In this document: piece by piece, positions 8,886 through 17,368 of the stretch | Layout: the number at the start of each line of letters is the position of its first letter | Position numbering within the stretch: the stretch's first letter is position 1 | Virus record (IMG/VR): IMGVR_UViG_3300023296_000874 | Span: 1-64,000 of that record | Strand: one strand, 5' to 3' | Length of the DNA: 64,000 nucleotides | Translations under genes and position numbers: made by a program | The notes under the pieces: model-generated | What the model saw: only the letters and a program-made list of their open reading frames with translations | What the model was told of the DNA's origin: nothing | The model's database searches: none

Positions 8886-9289
8886 GAAACGTACTACCGC
8901 TTGCTCTGTTGGCCCTCATGCTGACCTCCTCAAGCGTGAGAGCACAGGAGGAAACCCCTCCCGCATACGCCGAGCAACGTGAGCAGGTTGAGGCGGTCGC
9001 AGAACAGACCAAGGTGGTCGCAGAACAGACCAGCGCTCTCATCTGCTACCTGAAGGACAAGCGTGCCATCGACCTGAAGGAATGCGACATCCCTGACGGA
9101 TGGGTCCAGCCCGTGCTCGACGTCTACGACGTTGAGGGAGCTACCTGCTCACAGATCCCTGCCCGCAAGGCTTCAGAGCTGATTGCCCGTGCTGCCATCG
9201 AGGCTGACATCGTAGCGGTTCAGGCAGCCTGGACCGTAGAAGAGATCTGGAACAATAAGGGTGGACCGCCGCCCGTACTGCCCGAATAG
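8882..9289 (+). CDS. secreted protein with signal peptide
   Basis: MRNVLPLALLALMLTSSSVRA-QEE; ATGA coupling. Confidence 0.75.
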   Translation: MRNVLPLALLALMLTSSSVRAQEETPPAYAEQREQVEAVAEQTKVVAEQTSALICYLKDKRAIDLKECDIPDGWVQPVLDVYDVEGATCSQIPARKASELIARAAIEADIVAVQAAWTVEEIWNNKGGPPPVLPE

Positions 9290-9299
9290 GAAGGACATC

Positions 9300-10091
9300 A
9301 TGATCTCAAAGGACATCCAGAAGCTCGCTCGCAACGTGACGGGTGGTGGAAGTGGAATCGACGGCTACGTGCCCATCAGCCGTGCCACATCGGCTGAGAA
9401 AGCTCATCGTCTACTGGTAGATGATGACCCCAACCGAGGGAGCTACTCGGGCGGGTGGTCCACGGTGAGCTACTACGGCAGGACTCACCGTGAGCCCATG
9501 ACGCTGGACGCTGCCCGAGACTTCTCCGAGCAGCGAATGGATCGGATGGACAAGGGGGACGCCGAGGGCATCAAGATCATCGAATCCTCGGTGGTAGATG
9601 AGCGCTCAGAGGTTGTCAAGGTGAAGGCTGGGAACGCGGGTGATGCCCGTATGCTGGGCGTTGCCAAGGTGAAAAAGAGCCTTCGCGCCCGCAAGAACGT
9701 GGTAGACACTCTCCACGCGGCTCATAGAGCTACGAAGCTTCGGGACGGCGGACGTACTCCCATGGTGGCAGCGGATTGGGGCAAGAGCGGATGGATTGTC
9801 CTGCACACCACTCACGGCTTCCGGTCCAACACCATCTCCGGACAGTTCCTCGCAGGCGGTGCTGTTTTGTCCAAGGCGAAAGCCAAGCAAGCAATTCAGG
9901 AGCACTACGAGACGGACCACTACGCAGGAAAGACCCAGTACCTGATGGTTGACGTGTATCCCGGTGCCGTACTCACGCCTTCAGGCACAGCATCCGCACT
10001 ACCCACCTGGGAAGTGACGGTGTACATCAAGCGAGTGAAGACGGGCACCAAGCCAATCGGCTGGTACATCTTCGGCATCGCTTCAACATAG
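9300..10091 (+). CDS. hypothetical protein
   Basis: ATG 9300 after AGGAAGGA; in frame of track ORF 9261..10091. Confidence 0.75.
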   Translation: MISKDIQKLARNVTGGGSGIDGYVPISRATSAEKAHRLLVDDDPNRGSYSGGWSTVSYYGRTHREPMTLDAARDFSEQRMDRMDKGDAEGIKIIESSVVDERSEVVKVKAGNAGDARMLGVAKVKKSLRARKNVVDTLHAAHRATKLRDGGRTPMVAADWGKSGWIVLHTTHGFRSNTISGQFLAGGAVLSKAKAKQAIQEHYETDHYAGKTQYLMVDVYPGAVLTPSGTASALPTWEVTVYIKRVKTGTKPIGWYIFGIAST

Positions 10092-10101
10092 GAAGACACA
10101 C

Positions 10102-10395
10102 ATGCCAATCAAGTACATTGATATCGCTGAGTTCACCCGGCTGGGCTACCTACAAGAGCTGAACCGTCAGTTCCTACATCCCCTGGGCATGGCCCTCGAG
10201 GTTGTGGTTGAGGATGACGGCACTGAGCGCCTGGGTGGTGTTTGGGACTACAGAGACGACCCGGACGGAATGGCCTACGGTGAAGTAGATTCCGGCAAGG
10301 TCGCAATGGTGGAAGCCATCCTCCGCGAGAAGCTCCCGAAGCGGATGGCCCGGATGGGCTTCGTAGTGCAGCCGCCAAGCGCCGTAGTCGATTAG
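10102..10395 (+). CDS. hypothetical protein of a type common in phages
   Basis: IDIAEFTRLGYLQELNRQFLHPLGMALEV; recalled resemblance to phage hypotheticals, not searched. Confidence 0.75.
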   Translation: MPIKYIDIAEFTRLGYLQELNRQFLHPLGMALEVVVEDDGTERLGGVWDYRDDPDGMAYGEVDSGKVAMVEAILREKLPKRMARMGFVVQPPSAVVD

Positions 10396-10658
10396 GCCGA
10401 AGGCACCTCAGTCACTACAACACCGTCGGGGTCAATGGCCTCAACGACGGGTAGGTCGATCTCCACGAAGCGGATGCTCTGGATGGTGTCTTGGTACTTC
10501 TCCAAGCCAGCCGCAGCGATGACGGCCTTGCGCATGTGCTGTCCTTGGGTGTCGATGTCGGCCCCGTCCCAGCCCACAATGGCAAGGCGGATGTCATCGC
10601 CGTCGAGGTACTGAAGCACGCAGGTCAGAACGGTTACGGGTGCCATGGGAATCTCCAA
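10392..10658 (-). CDS. hypothetical protein
   Basis: 88-aa ORF co-directional with and adjacent to 10667. Confidence 0.55.
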   Translation of the reverse strand: MEIPMAPVTVLTCVLQYLDGDDIRLAIVGWDGADIDTQGQHMRKAVIAAAGLEKYQDTIQSIRFVEIDLPVVEAIDPDGVVVTEVPSA

Positions 10659-10666
10659 CTCGTCGA

Positions 10667-11164
10667 TTAGATCGTGAGGCCCTTGAGGCCCAAGGAGCGA
10701 GCAAAGCGGTTGAGGTCGCGCATGTCGCGGCGAAACGCACGCTCTTCCTTGTCACCGCGCCACACCGCTTCAGCGTGTGCCGGATCCCGCTTCACAAGCA
10801 GGCAACCCTTGGGGTGGAGGCGTACAGCCTCCGTGGGGCTCTTGGTGTCCGAGAGGCACCACATGGCGGCGAGGATCAGGATGTCCTCTTCGGCGGCGAG
10901 CTTCTCTGCGGCTTCCAACTCGCGGCGAGCCTGAGCAGAGGCAAGCTGGCGAGCTTCGATGTCGGCCATGGCGTTGAGCACACGCACCTGATCCTCACTG
11001 AGGTCAGCAGCGTCAACTTCATCGTCCATCTCTTCCCAGGCTTGCCCGTTGGGTACGGTGCGTCCAGTGGGAAGAATGAGTGCGCCGTCATCCAAGCTAA
11101 CAGCCATGAGGCCGCGCCGGTTGCGGTAGCCAATGATGCTGTCGATGTCTGCTGTAAGGGTCAT
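10667..11164 (-). CDS. hypothetical protein
   Basis: ATG 11164 with GGAGAGG SD, downstream of motif at 11188-11215. Confidence 0.75.
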   Translation of the reverse strand: MTLTADIDSIIGYRNRRGLMAVSLDDGALILPTGRTVPNGQAWEEMDDEVDAADLSEDQVRVLNAMADIEARQLASAQARRELEAAEKLAAEEDILILAAMWCLSDTKSPTEAVRLHPKGCLLVKRDPAHAEAVWRGDKEERAFRRDMRDLNRFARSLGLKGLTI

Positions 11165-11187
11165 GTTCCTCTCCGTGCTACTCAACC

Positions 11188-11215
11188 AACGAGTTGAGGG
11201 CAGAGAGAGTCAGAG
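11188..11215 (-). promoter_or_regulatory. putative phage promoter CTCTGAC-N17-CGTT
   Basis: Repeated bipartite motif with fixed spacing upstream of ATG 11164. Confidence 0.7.
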
Positions 11216-11229
11216 CCTTTTGCAGAAAA

Positions 11230-11622
11230 TCAGTTGGACGTCGTTGCACTCACCGGGTCGGGTGCGGTCGCCGGGTGTACCGAACGGATCATGTCCGGGT
11301 AGAAGTCGTGCGTGGAGCCAGCCGGGTGCAGCTTCTTGGTGCCACGGTCCTCGAGCAGTTCCACCTTGACGCGCTTCTTGTTCACGGTGAGCACTCGGAC
11401 ACGGGTCTTCTGCCCGTGAGAGGTACCGATCATCAGCTCGTCGCCGGAGTTGATCTCAGCGAGGTTCACCGTGGGAGTTGCCTCCGCGCCGATGATGCCG
11501 GGGTGTCCCAAGGCGCGTAGCTTGCGGTCTGCCTTCTTGCAGATCTTCGCGAGCATGTCTTGGTCTTCGATGCCGCCGACGGCATACAGGATGCCTTCCA
11601 GAACCTTGTCCATTGTCTTCAT
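11230..11622 (-). CDS. hypothetical protein with SH3/KOW-like C-terminal region
   Basis: INSGDELMIG...RVRVLTVNKKRVKVEL beta pattern. Confidence 0.65.
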   Translation of the reverse strand: MKTMDKVLEGILYAVGGIEDQDMLAKICKKADRKLRALGHPGIIGAEATPTVNLAEINSGDELMIGTSHGQKTRVRVLTVNKKRVKVELLEDRGTKKLHPAGSTHDFYPDMIRSVHPATAPDPVSATTSN

Positions 11623-11711
11623 CCTTTTCGGGGGGTTGAGGCATTGTGCCTCTGGTCATGTCCATCAACACTCACATGATGGCTGGAGTGTGAGTTCGAG
11701 TCTCTCGAAAC

Positions 11712-13259
11712 CTACGGAAGTCTGAGAATGTTGATGCCGTCGTCCGTGTGGCGCACCACCTCGTACCCGTGGCTGATGTAGTAGTCCTTCACCTTGCACA
11801 GGTCATGGGCAGCCACCGTGAGTCGCCTTGCAACAAAGGTCTCGGCTACGTGCTTGCCCACACCCATCCCACGGTAACCAGGTAGCAGGTACGCGGAGTT
11901 CCAGTCCTCATACTGAGCCACGAGCCCGGCGATTCTGCCCCATGCGATCACGGGCGTCAGCTTGCTCTCGGCAAGGATCTCTTCCTGTCCTACGTCACGG
12001 ATGTGCTGAGCCCATTCGAGCTTCACGTCTTCCCATTCCGAGCGCATGAACGCTACGTCACCATCACCGAACCCGATGAGCGTGCCGTGGTTCACAAGGT
12101 CCAGGGTCCAGCTCTGGGAGAGGCGGTACGGTCCGAGGCAGTGCAAGATCTCCTGCGCCTCTTGCACCGTTCCGCACGGGTACGGGTAGACGGTCTTGGT
12201 GTGCGGTACGACGTAGCCACCGTGGAAGTGCAGCAGCGCCTTGAGTCCCTTCATGTCGTGATAAAGGCGCGCGTGTACCGAGCAGTCGATGGAAGGCTTG
12301 ACAGTGCCATGAGCGCGCGTCAAACGATCAGAGATGTCAGCACTCGCAAAGATGAACTCGTCCGGCTTCACGTCACCCTTCTGCACACCGCGCGGGGTAG
12401 CCCAGAAGTGGGTGGGGATGGAGCTGATGAGCTGGGTCACGTTGCCGTCAGAGCTGTCAAGGAGGTTGGCCTCTTGAGCGAAGGCGAGCAGGGCTTGTGC
12501 CTCCTCCAAGGAGTCCACGAAGGTGTCCTTGGGGTCAACACCAGGGTAGAGCACGTCTTCGTCGTACAGCTCGGTCCTGCTCCACTGCACAGCTTGACGG
12601 TTGATGCAGAGGTCGACAATGGCTGCGGAAACATCCGTCTTGGAGCCTTCAAGCGGTATGGCCCCTCCCTCTGGGGTCACCGCGTAGCACGGATGCAGTC
12701 CCTTGTTCTCGGGGAGGCTGAGCTTGCTCCAATCGTTCGCGATGGTCAGGTTGATGCGACAGCTCTTCACCTGCGCCAGTGCCACGCTGATCAACTCATC
12801 GTCAGTCACGTCGCTCAGGAGCTTCCACCCTACGATGAAGGGACGGTTGGGCACCCACTCCCTCAGGTTGGCGAGGATCTTGGGCGTGCGCTTGAGGACG
12901 AGCGTCTGCTCGTCGTTCTTGGAGCGGATCTTCCCTTCCACGGGGACGGGAGCGTAGTCGCTGATGGCAGCGGGCATCAGGATGAAGTCGAAGTCACCCG
13001 TGTTTGCCAGGTCCTTCACTTGGTCGTAGAGCTCTTGGTACGTGCGGAACGTGTAGATGCCGCTCACGCCTCCGACGGTGTCCCCGTACATGCTCAAGGT
13101 GCGTTCAGCGGCGAGAAGCGTCACGTTGACACCCCTCGCCGCGAACAGATTGGCGACGGTACACCCGAACCGACCCTTGGAGCGGTTGGTGATGACGCGG
13201 ACGTCGTCGATGTCGACTTCCGTGCCTCCGGTCACGACAAGGGCTCTCAGTTCAGGCAT
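11712..13259 (-). CDS. CoaB (phosphopantothenate-cysteine ligase)-like domain fused to class II aldolase-like and GNAT-like domains
   Basis: VTGGTEVDIDDVRVITNRSKGRFG, AAISDY, LKRTPKIL, VGWKL, IAND (CoaB/DFP); GNVT...ATPRG...KPSIDCSVHARLY...LLHFH (aldolase II); YLLPGYRGMGVG (GNAT motif A). Confidence 0.8.
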   Translation of the reverse strand: MPELRALVVTGGTEVDIDDVRVITNRSKGRFGCTVANLFAARGVNVTLLAAERTLSMYGDTVGGVSGIYTFRTYQELYDQVKDLANTGDFDFILMPAAISDYAPVPVEGKIRSKNDEQTLVLKRTPKILANLREWVPNRPFIVGWKLLSDVTDDELISVALAQVKSCRINLTIANDWSKLSLPENKGLHPCYAVTPEGGAIPLEGSKTDVSAAIVDLCINRQAVQWSRTELYDEDVLYPGVDPKDTFVDSLEEAQALLAFAQEANLLDSSDGNVTQLISSIPTHFWATPRGVQKGDVKPDEFIFASADISDRLTRAHGTVKPSIDCSVHARLYHDMKGLKALLHFHGGYVVPHTKTVYPYPCGTVQEAQEILHCLGPYRLSQSWTLDLVNHGTLIGFGDGDVAFMRSEWEDVKLEWAQHIRDVGQEEILAESKLTPVIAWGRIAGLVAQYEDWNSAYLLPGYRGMGVGKHVAETFVARRLTVAAHDLCKVKDYYISHGYEVVRHTDDGINILRLP

Positions 13260-13273
13260 GTCTCTCTCCGTGG

Positions 13274-13951
13274 CTACTCGCCGTCCATGATCATGTCGAG
13301 CCGTGCGTGTCCGGGCTCAGGCCAGTAGGCATCGACGCTCTCCCAGTCCGGGTAGTTCGTGTCGAGGTACTCCTTGCACTGCCCCTTCATCCAGTCGTTC
13401 GTGGTCTTCTCGCGCTGGTACGCGGGGTCGCCGTAGGTGACGGTCAGGGGGATGTCGGGAGGGCACTCTGCACGGTTCACCGTGAGCAGCACCGTGTCAC
13501 CGTCCACCACCTTGCAGGTGAGGTCGTCGCTGTAGTCGTAGTCGATGCTGTAGCGACGGCAGAGGTTTCCACGGGCGTAGCGGTCGTAGGACGCTGCCTT
13601 GTAGAAGGTCGTGATGCGGGTGCGCCCGTCCTCGTCGACGATCTTGCCTGCTCGAGAGTCTTCTCCGCGCTCACGCTTCCACCCCGGAGGGAGCTGCGCA
13701 TCCTGGAAGATGGGGTCGCTGCCGGGGGACACCTTGATGCCCCACTTGGCGAGGGTCTTGAGTGCGTCGGCCCCACCGATGTCCACCGGGAGTTGAGTGG
13801 AGTTGAGGAACTCTCGGTTGCCTCGTGCTTCCTGAGCGAGGATGGCGTCCGAGCCCCTCCCGCCGATGAAGGTGTTGAGCATGGTCTCGCGGGCGAGCCG
13901 GGCTACTTCTTCCTTGGAGGTGGTGTCACCTACCTTGCGGTGTCCGGCCAT
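13274..13951 (-). CDS. hypothetical protein with C-terminal ARLDMIMDGE tag
   Basis: ATG 13951 in ATGA overlap with upstream stop. Confidence 0.75.
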   Translation of the reverse strand: MAGHRKVGDTTSKEEVARLARETMLNTFIGGRGSDAILAQEARGNREFLNSTQLPVDIGGADALKTLAKWGIKVSPGSDPIFQDAQLPPGWKRERGEDSRAGKIVDEDGRTRITTFYKAASYDRYARGNLCRRYSIDYDYSDDLTCKVVDGDTVLLTVNRAECPPDIPLTVTYGDPAYQREKTTNDWMKGQCKEYLDTNYPDWESVDAYWPEPGHARLDMIMDGE

Positions 13952-14190
13952 CAGATCAGCCCCGCGTTGTTGAGCAACTCGTAGACGAGCCACAAGAAGC
14001 CGATGAAGCCTACGAGGCCTCCAAACGAGCCAACGCCAGCGATCTTGCCGTGACGCTTGAAGGTGGTGTCGAAGCTGGAAAAGGCGTCACCGCCCTTGGA
14101 GAAGCTCGAGGTGACGTTGCTGAAGCCAGCGATGCCTGCCCCGATGGCGATGAAGGCTCCAACAGCCATCAAGATAAAGGGTCCGATCAT
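13951..14190 (-). CDS. small two-TM membrane protein
   Basis: Two hydrophobic helices; ACGGAGAG SD. Confidence 0.7.
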   Translation of the reverse strand: MIGPFILMAVGAFIAIGAGIAGFSNVTSSFSKGGDAFSSFDTTFKRHGKIAGVGSFGGLVGFIGFLWLVYELLNNAGLI

Positions 14191-14248
14191 GGTGCTCTCC
14201 GTTCTTGGTTCATCACCTCAAACGTGAGATCAGGCCTCGAAGGTAAAC

Positions 14249-14812
14249 CTATTCGAGGTCTTCCGCACAATGGTCACAAGTCCGCTCACCCTTGATGTCC
14301 TTGGAGCAGTTGCCGCACACGGGGTCACCACACCCATAGCAGGTGTAGTCAGCCGCTTCGGTACCGTCGATAACTCCACCGCCGCTCATGTAGCCAGCAG
14401 GGGCCTCGCAGCCATAGTTCACCACGTTGCACGGGTCGCCCACGGGCTCGAAGTCGCCCTGAGCCTCACGCATCTCCCGGAAGGAGTCGTACACGGGAGC
14501 GTCCATGTCGAGTTCGGAGGGTTTGTAGAGGCCGAGGCGCTCTGCGATCCGCATCATCTGGTTGGGCGCGTTGCTCTTCTCGAGAAGGATCATGGCACCG
14601 GCACAGTGCTGCGCGTTGGGGCCGTCCACCATGTTCGAGGAGCCGTCTTCGTCATCCTCGCCAGCGACGGTGGTCTTGTGGCAGGTGAATGAGCGCTGCT
14701 GCCCAATGAGCTCGGCCTCCATCTCCTGAACGCGTCCTACACGGAGGTAGGGCGTGACGTCAGTGCGGAAAGGGCAGTTACTGCACGGCTTCTTCAGGGA
14801 ATATTCGCTCAC
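14249..14812 (-). CDS. Cys-rich metal-binding hypothetical protein
   Basis: KKPCSNCPFR, FTCHKT, HCAGA plus C-terminal CxxC pairs; GTG 14812 after ACGGAGG. Confidence 0.75.
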   Translation of the reverse strand: MSEYSLKKPCSNCPFRTDVTPYLRVGRVQEMEAELIGQQRSFTCHKTTVAGEDDEDGSSNMVDGPNAQHCAGAMILLEKSNAPNQMMRIAERLGLYKPSELDMDAPVYDSFREMREAQGDFEPVGDPCNVVNYGCEAPAGYMSGGGVIDGTEAADYTCYGCGDPVCGNCSKDIKGERTCDHCAEDLE

Positions 14813-14834
14813 GTAGCCTCCGTCATATCGTATC

Positions 14835-14862
14835 AACGGAGGCTACGGGCAAATAGTCAGAG
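14835..14862 (-). promoter_or_regulatory. putative phage promoter CTCTGAC-N17-CGTT inside 11-bp inverted repeat covering the SD
   Basis: GTAGCCTCCGT (14813-14823) / ACGGAGGCTAC (14836-14846) perfect inverted repeat. Confidence 0.75.
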
Positions 14863-14863
14863 C

Positions 14864-15292
14864 TCAGTCTTCCTTGTCCTTGATCGCCTTGATGAGGTCT
14901 TTGGCGTCGTACACAGGGATGCCATTCTCTTCGAGCTCTTCCTCTGCAAGAGCCTCCGCAATCATGGCCTCTTCGTCCACAGGCTCGAAGATCACGTCAA
15001 GCTTCACCCGCACTTGGTAGACGCCGGGCATGAGGCTTTCATTGGCGAGGTAGGCAGTCTCTTCGTCGGCATCAACCCACAACGCAGTCAGAGCTGTCGC
15101 GCCGGACATCATCTGACGGAGAGTGGTACCCTCCATGAACTGTCCCTTGAAGGTGTAGCCGAGCTGTCCACGCTCGTGACCACCGATCACCTCTTCCTCT
15201 TCGTCCTCGTCGAGAATGGACTCTACGGCGGTGCGGAGAACGTACTTGGTCACACGATGGAACTGAGTCTTGATTAGATCTCGCAACTTCAT
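14864..15292 (-). CDS. acidic hypothetical protein
   Basis: 142-aa ORF, CCGGAG SD. Confidence 0.7.
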   Translation of the reverse strand: MKLRDLIKTQFHRVTKYVLRTAVESILDEDEEEEVIGGHERGQLGYTFKGQFMEGTTLRQMMSGATALTALWVDADEETAYLANESLMPGVYQVRVKLDVIFEPVDEEAMIAEALAEEELEENGIPVYDAKDLIKAIKDKED

Positions 15293-15400
15293 GAGTACTC
15301 CGGGGTTGGTGCTTACACACAGAAGAGTAGCCTCTGATCCTGCAGCCTCCGACCCGGAGATTCAATCAATGCGGGGTGTCCGCTCCCCGAGCCGTGCAGC

Positions 15401-15694
15401 TCAACCCGTCGCTTCATCAGCGGCAACCTGAGGCTGTGCTGACATGCGAATGGCATAAGCGGGACTGATGAAGGGGCTGAACCCCGTAAGGTCCGCCAGA
15501 TTGATGCCCGCTCCGGAGCCGGACGTGAAGATGCGCGGTGGCGGCTTGTTGGGGATGCCGGTCATGCTTGCACGCTCGTTGCTCTCCCACTCATCGAGAG
15601 CTTCCCACGCAGTCAGGAGGTCCCGTCCCTCGTCGGTATCCATCTCGAAGAACCGTTGTGCGCCCGCTCTGTAGGTGGCTTGGTAGACTGGCAT
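15401..15694 (-). CDS. hypothetical protein
   Basis: 97-aa ORF, GGAGAG SD. Confidence 0.65.
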   Translation of the reverse strand: MPVYQATYRAGAQRFFEMDTDEGRDLLTAWEALDEWESNERASMTGIPNKPPPRIFTSGSGAGINLADLTGFSPFISPAYAIRMSAQPQVAADEATG

Positions 15695-15795
15695 TAGCTC
15701 TCCATCGTTGGTGACTGTGTGTCGACCTACAACACCAGACGCTCATCTTCGCCCGTTTGTGCTGATGGAGTGATTTCTAAATGCTCAAGTTTATC

Positions 15796-15990
15796 TCAGC
15801 GACGCCAAGGCTGTCGAGCCCCGTCCCGTCGCCCGTCTCGCTTGGCGTTGCCCTCGAGGGTCTGGATGAATCGCCACATCTCTTGAGCAGCTCCTTCACT
15901 CATGTCGTCGACGGCCTTGAGGAGCTCAGGCTTGCGGCCCGCACCTTCCCGCGCGATTTTTGCCTTGAGTGCTTGCTTGATGCTGCCCAT
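15796..15990 (-). CDS. small hypothetical protein
   Basis: 64-aa ORF, ACGGAG SD, motif upstream. Confidence 0.7.
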   Translation of the reverse strand: MGSIKQALKAKIAREGAGRKPELLKAVDDMSEGAAQEMWRFIQTLEGNAKRDGRRDGARQPWRR

Positions 15991-16011
15991 GTGTGTCTCC
16001 GTTGTTCAGGC

Positions 16012-16039
16012 AACGTAACGAACAGCTTGATAGTCAGAG
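16012..16039 (-). promoter_or_regulatory. putative phage promoter CTCTGAC-N17-CGTT
   Basis: Motif in divergent intergenic gap upstream of ATG 15990. Confidence 0.7.
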
Positions 16040-16102
16040 TCCGTCTCGGGTTTGACCGTGGCCGGGGCTACTCTTGTCACCGAACACTCACGGAGGTGCC
16101 CA

Positions 16103-16714
16103 ATGTCACGATACAACAAGGAAGCCTGGGATAAGCTGGTTGAGACCATGAAGGCCGACATCCCCGGCTTTGAAGTAGGCTACAAGGACGAGAGCAAGCT
16201 CCAGAAGGTGATCGCCAAGATCTCGTTCTGGAACAAGTACGAGGACTACATCACCACGATGTACCCGAAGGTCTACTTCCCCAACAGGGAGTACGTTGAG
16301 ACGCATCTGCCCGTGCCCACTCTTGAGCACGAGTGGGTTCACCTCAAGGACCAGAAGACCTTCTTCGGGTTGCTGCCCAAGCTGCCCGCATGGCTCAACA
16401 TGACGCTGTTCAGCTTGCTCTACATCTCGCCGCAGATCTTCGCGCTTGGTGCCGTGCTCGCCGTGTTCAGCCCTTGGTGGCTACTATGCCTGCTGTTCCT
16501 TGCGCCTCTGCCCGCTCCGGGCCGCGCATGGGCCGAGGTCCGTGCCTACCGCCGCAGCCTCGAGCACGGTTCGGACATCGAGCGTATCGCAGACGCGTAC
16601 GTCGGTGCTGGCTACTACTTCATGTGGCCCTTCCGCAAGCACGTCCTGAAGTGGCTCGATGCCAAGCCTTCGCCCTACGTGCTGGAGATGGACACCTACA
16701 TCGCTAAGGACTGA
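16103..16714 (+). CDS. membrane-associated HExxH zinc metallopeptidase-like protein
   Basis: TLEHEWVHLKD, hydrophobic stretch, RAWAEVRAY third-ligand motif; ACGGAGG SD. Confidence 0.7.
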   Translation: MSRYNKEAWDKLVETMKADIPGFEVGYKDESKLQKVIAKISFWNKYEDYITTMYPKVYFPNREYVETHLPVPTLEHEWVHLKDQKTFFGLLPKLPAWLNMTLFSLLYISPQIFALGAVLAVFSPWWLLCLLFLAPLPAPGRAWAEVRAYRRSLEHGSDIERIADAYVGAGYYFMWPFRKHVLKWLDAKPSPYVLEMDTYIAKD

Positions 16715-17010
16715 GGGTGGCTTTCCACCACGATGGCTCGGACGGAGTCCTCGTGGATGTAGATGTCAGAGCGTAGAGGGCCTGTACCCTTGCGCCGCCC
16801 ACACCAGTTCTGACGGATGTACCTGCCCTTGAAGGCGACGATCATGTCAAGACCGTTGCCTTCAAGGTGCCAGTCTTCTACGGCCTCCAGCTTGAGGCGG
16901 TTGCCCTTGAAGGTGACCCATATGTCCTCTTCCCCAGCCTCAAGACGGCGGATAGCGTCTGCCATGTTGGCACGCTCTCTACCCTTCAGAGGGTTCGCTT
17001 TCTGTCCCAT
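16696..17010 (-). CDS. hypothetical protein
   Basis: 104-aa ORF in minus-strand run. Confidence 0.55.
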   Translation of the reverse strand: MGQKANPLKGRERANMADAIRRLEAGEEDIWVTFKGNRLKLEAVEDWHLEGNGLDMIVAFKGRYIRQNWCGRRKGTGPLRSDIYIHEDSVRAIVVESHPQSLAM

Positions 17011-17368
17011 TGGATATCTCTCGGTAAGCGATCCGCTCAGGGTCCTCGAAGGAGGATGTCTCTCCGAGGGTATCTATGAAGCAGGTCCGGTGGACGGCTG
17101 TCCAATAGGAGCTATCAAGAGCGTGGTGGGGCATGACGGCAATCACATCCCCCGCCCGGAGCGTGGCTTGACAGTACAGGCACTCCCAAAACTCCAAGAG
17201 CGCGGGGTGCCCGTCTGCAAGCTGAACCGGGTGGAACCAACCGCCAGAGTGGTCCTCCATGATGACGGAGATCCACTCTGGCGTCACCAACACTCTCCCA
17301 GTTTCAGGTACAAGGAGGATGGGGTGAGGCTCCCTGATGCGCACATCGAGGGTAGCCTTCACTTTCAT
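16979..17368 (-). CDS. hypothetical protein
   Basis: ATGA coupling to AAA+ ATPase stop. Confidence 0.65.
   Translation of the reverse strand: MKVKATLDVRIREPHPILLVPETGRVLVTPEWISVIMEDHSGGWFHPVQLADGHPALLEFWECLYCQATLRAGDVIAVMPHHALDSSYWTAVHRTCFIDTLGETSSFEDPERIAYREISNGTESEPSEG

Noticed and set aside
12003-13328. 441-aa plus-strand ORF (similarly 28991..30175, 54480..55787, 60626..61777)
   Set aside because: Shadows of well-supported minus-strand genes; no recognisable motifs
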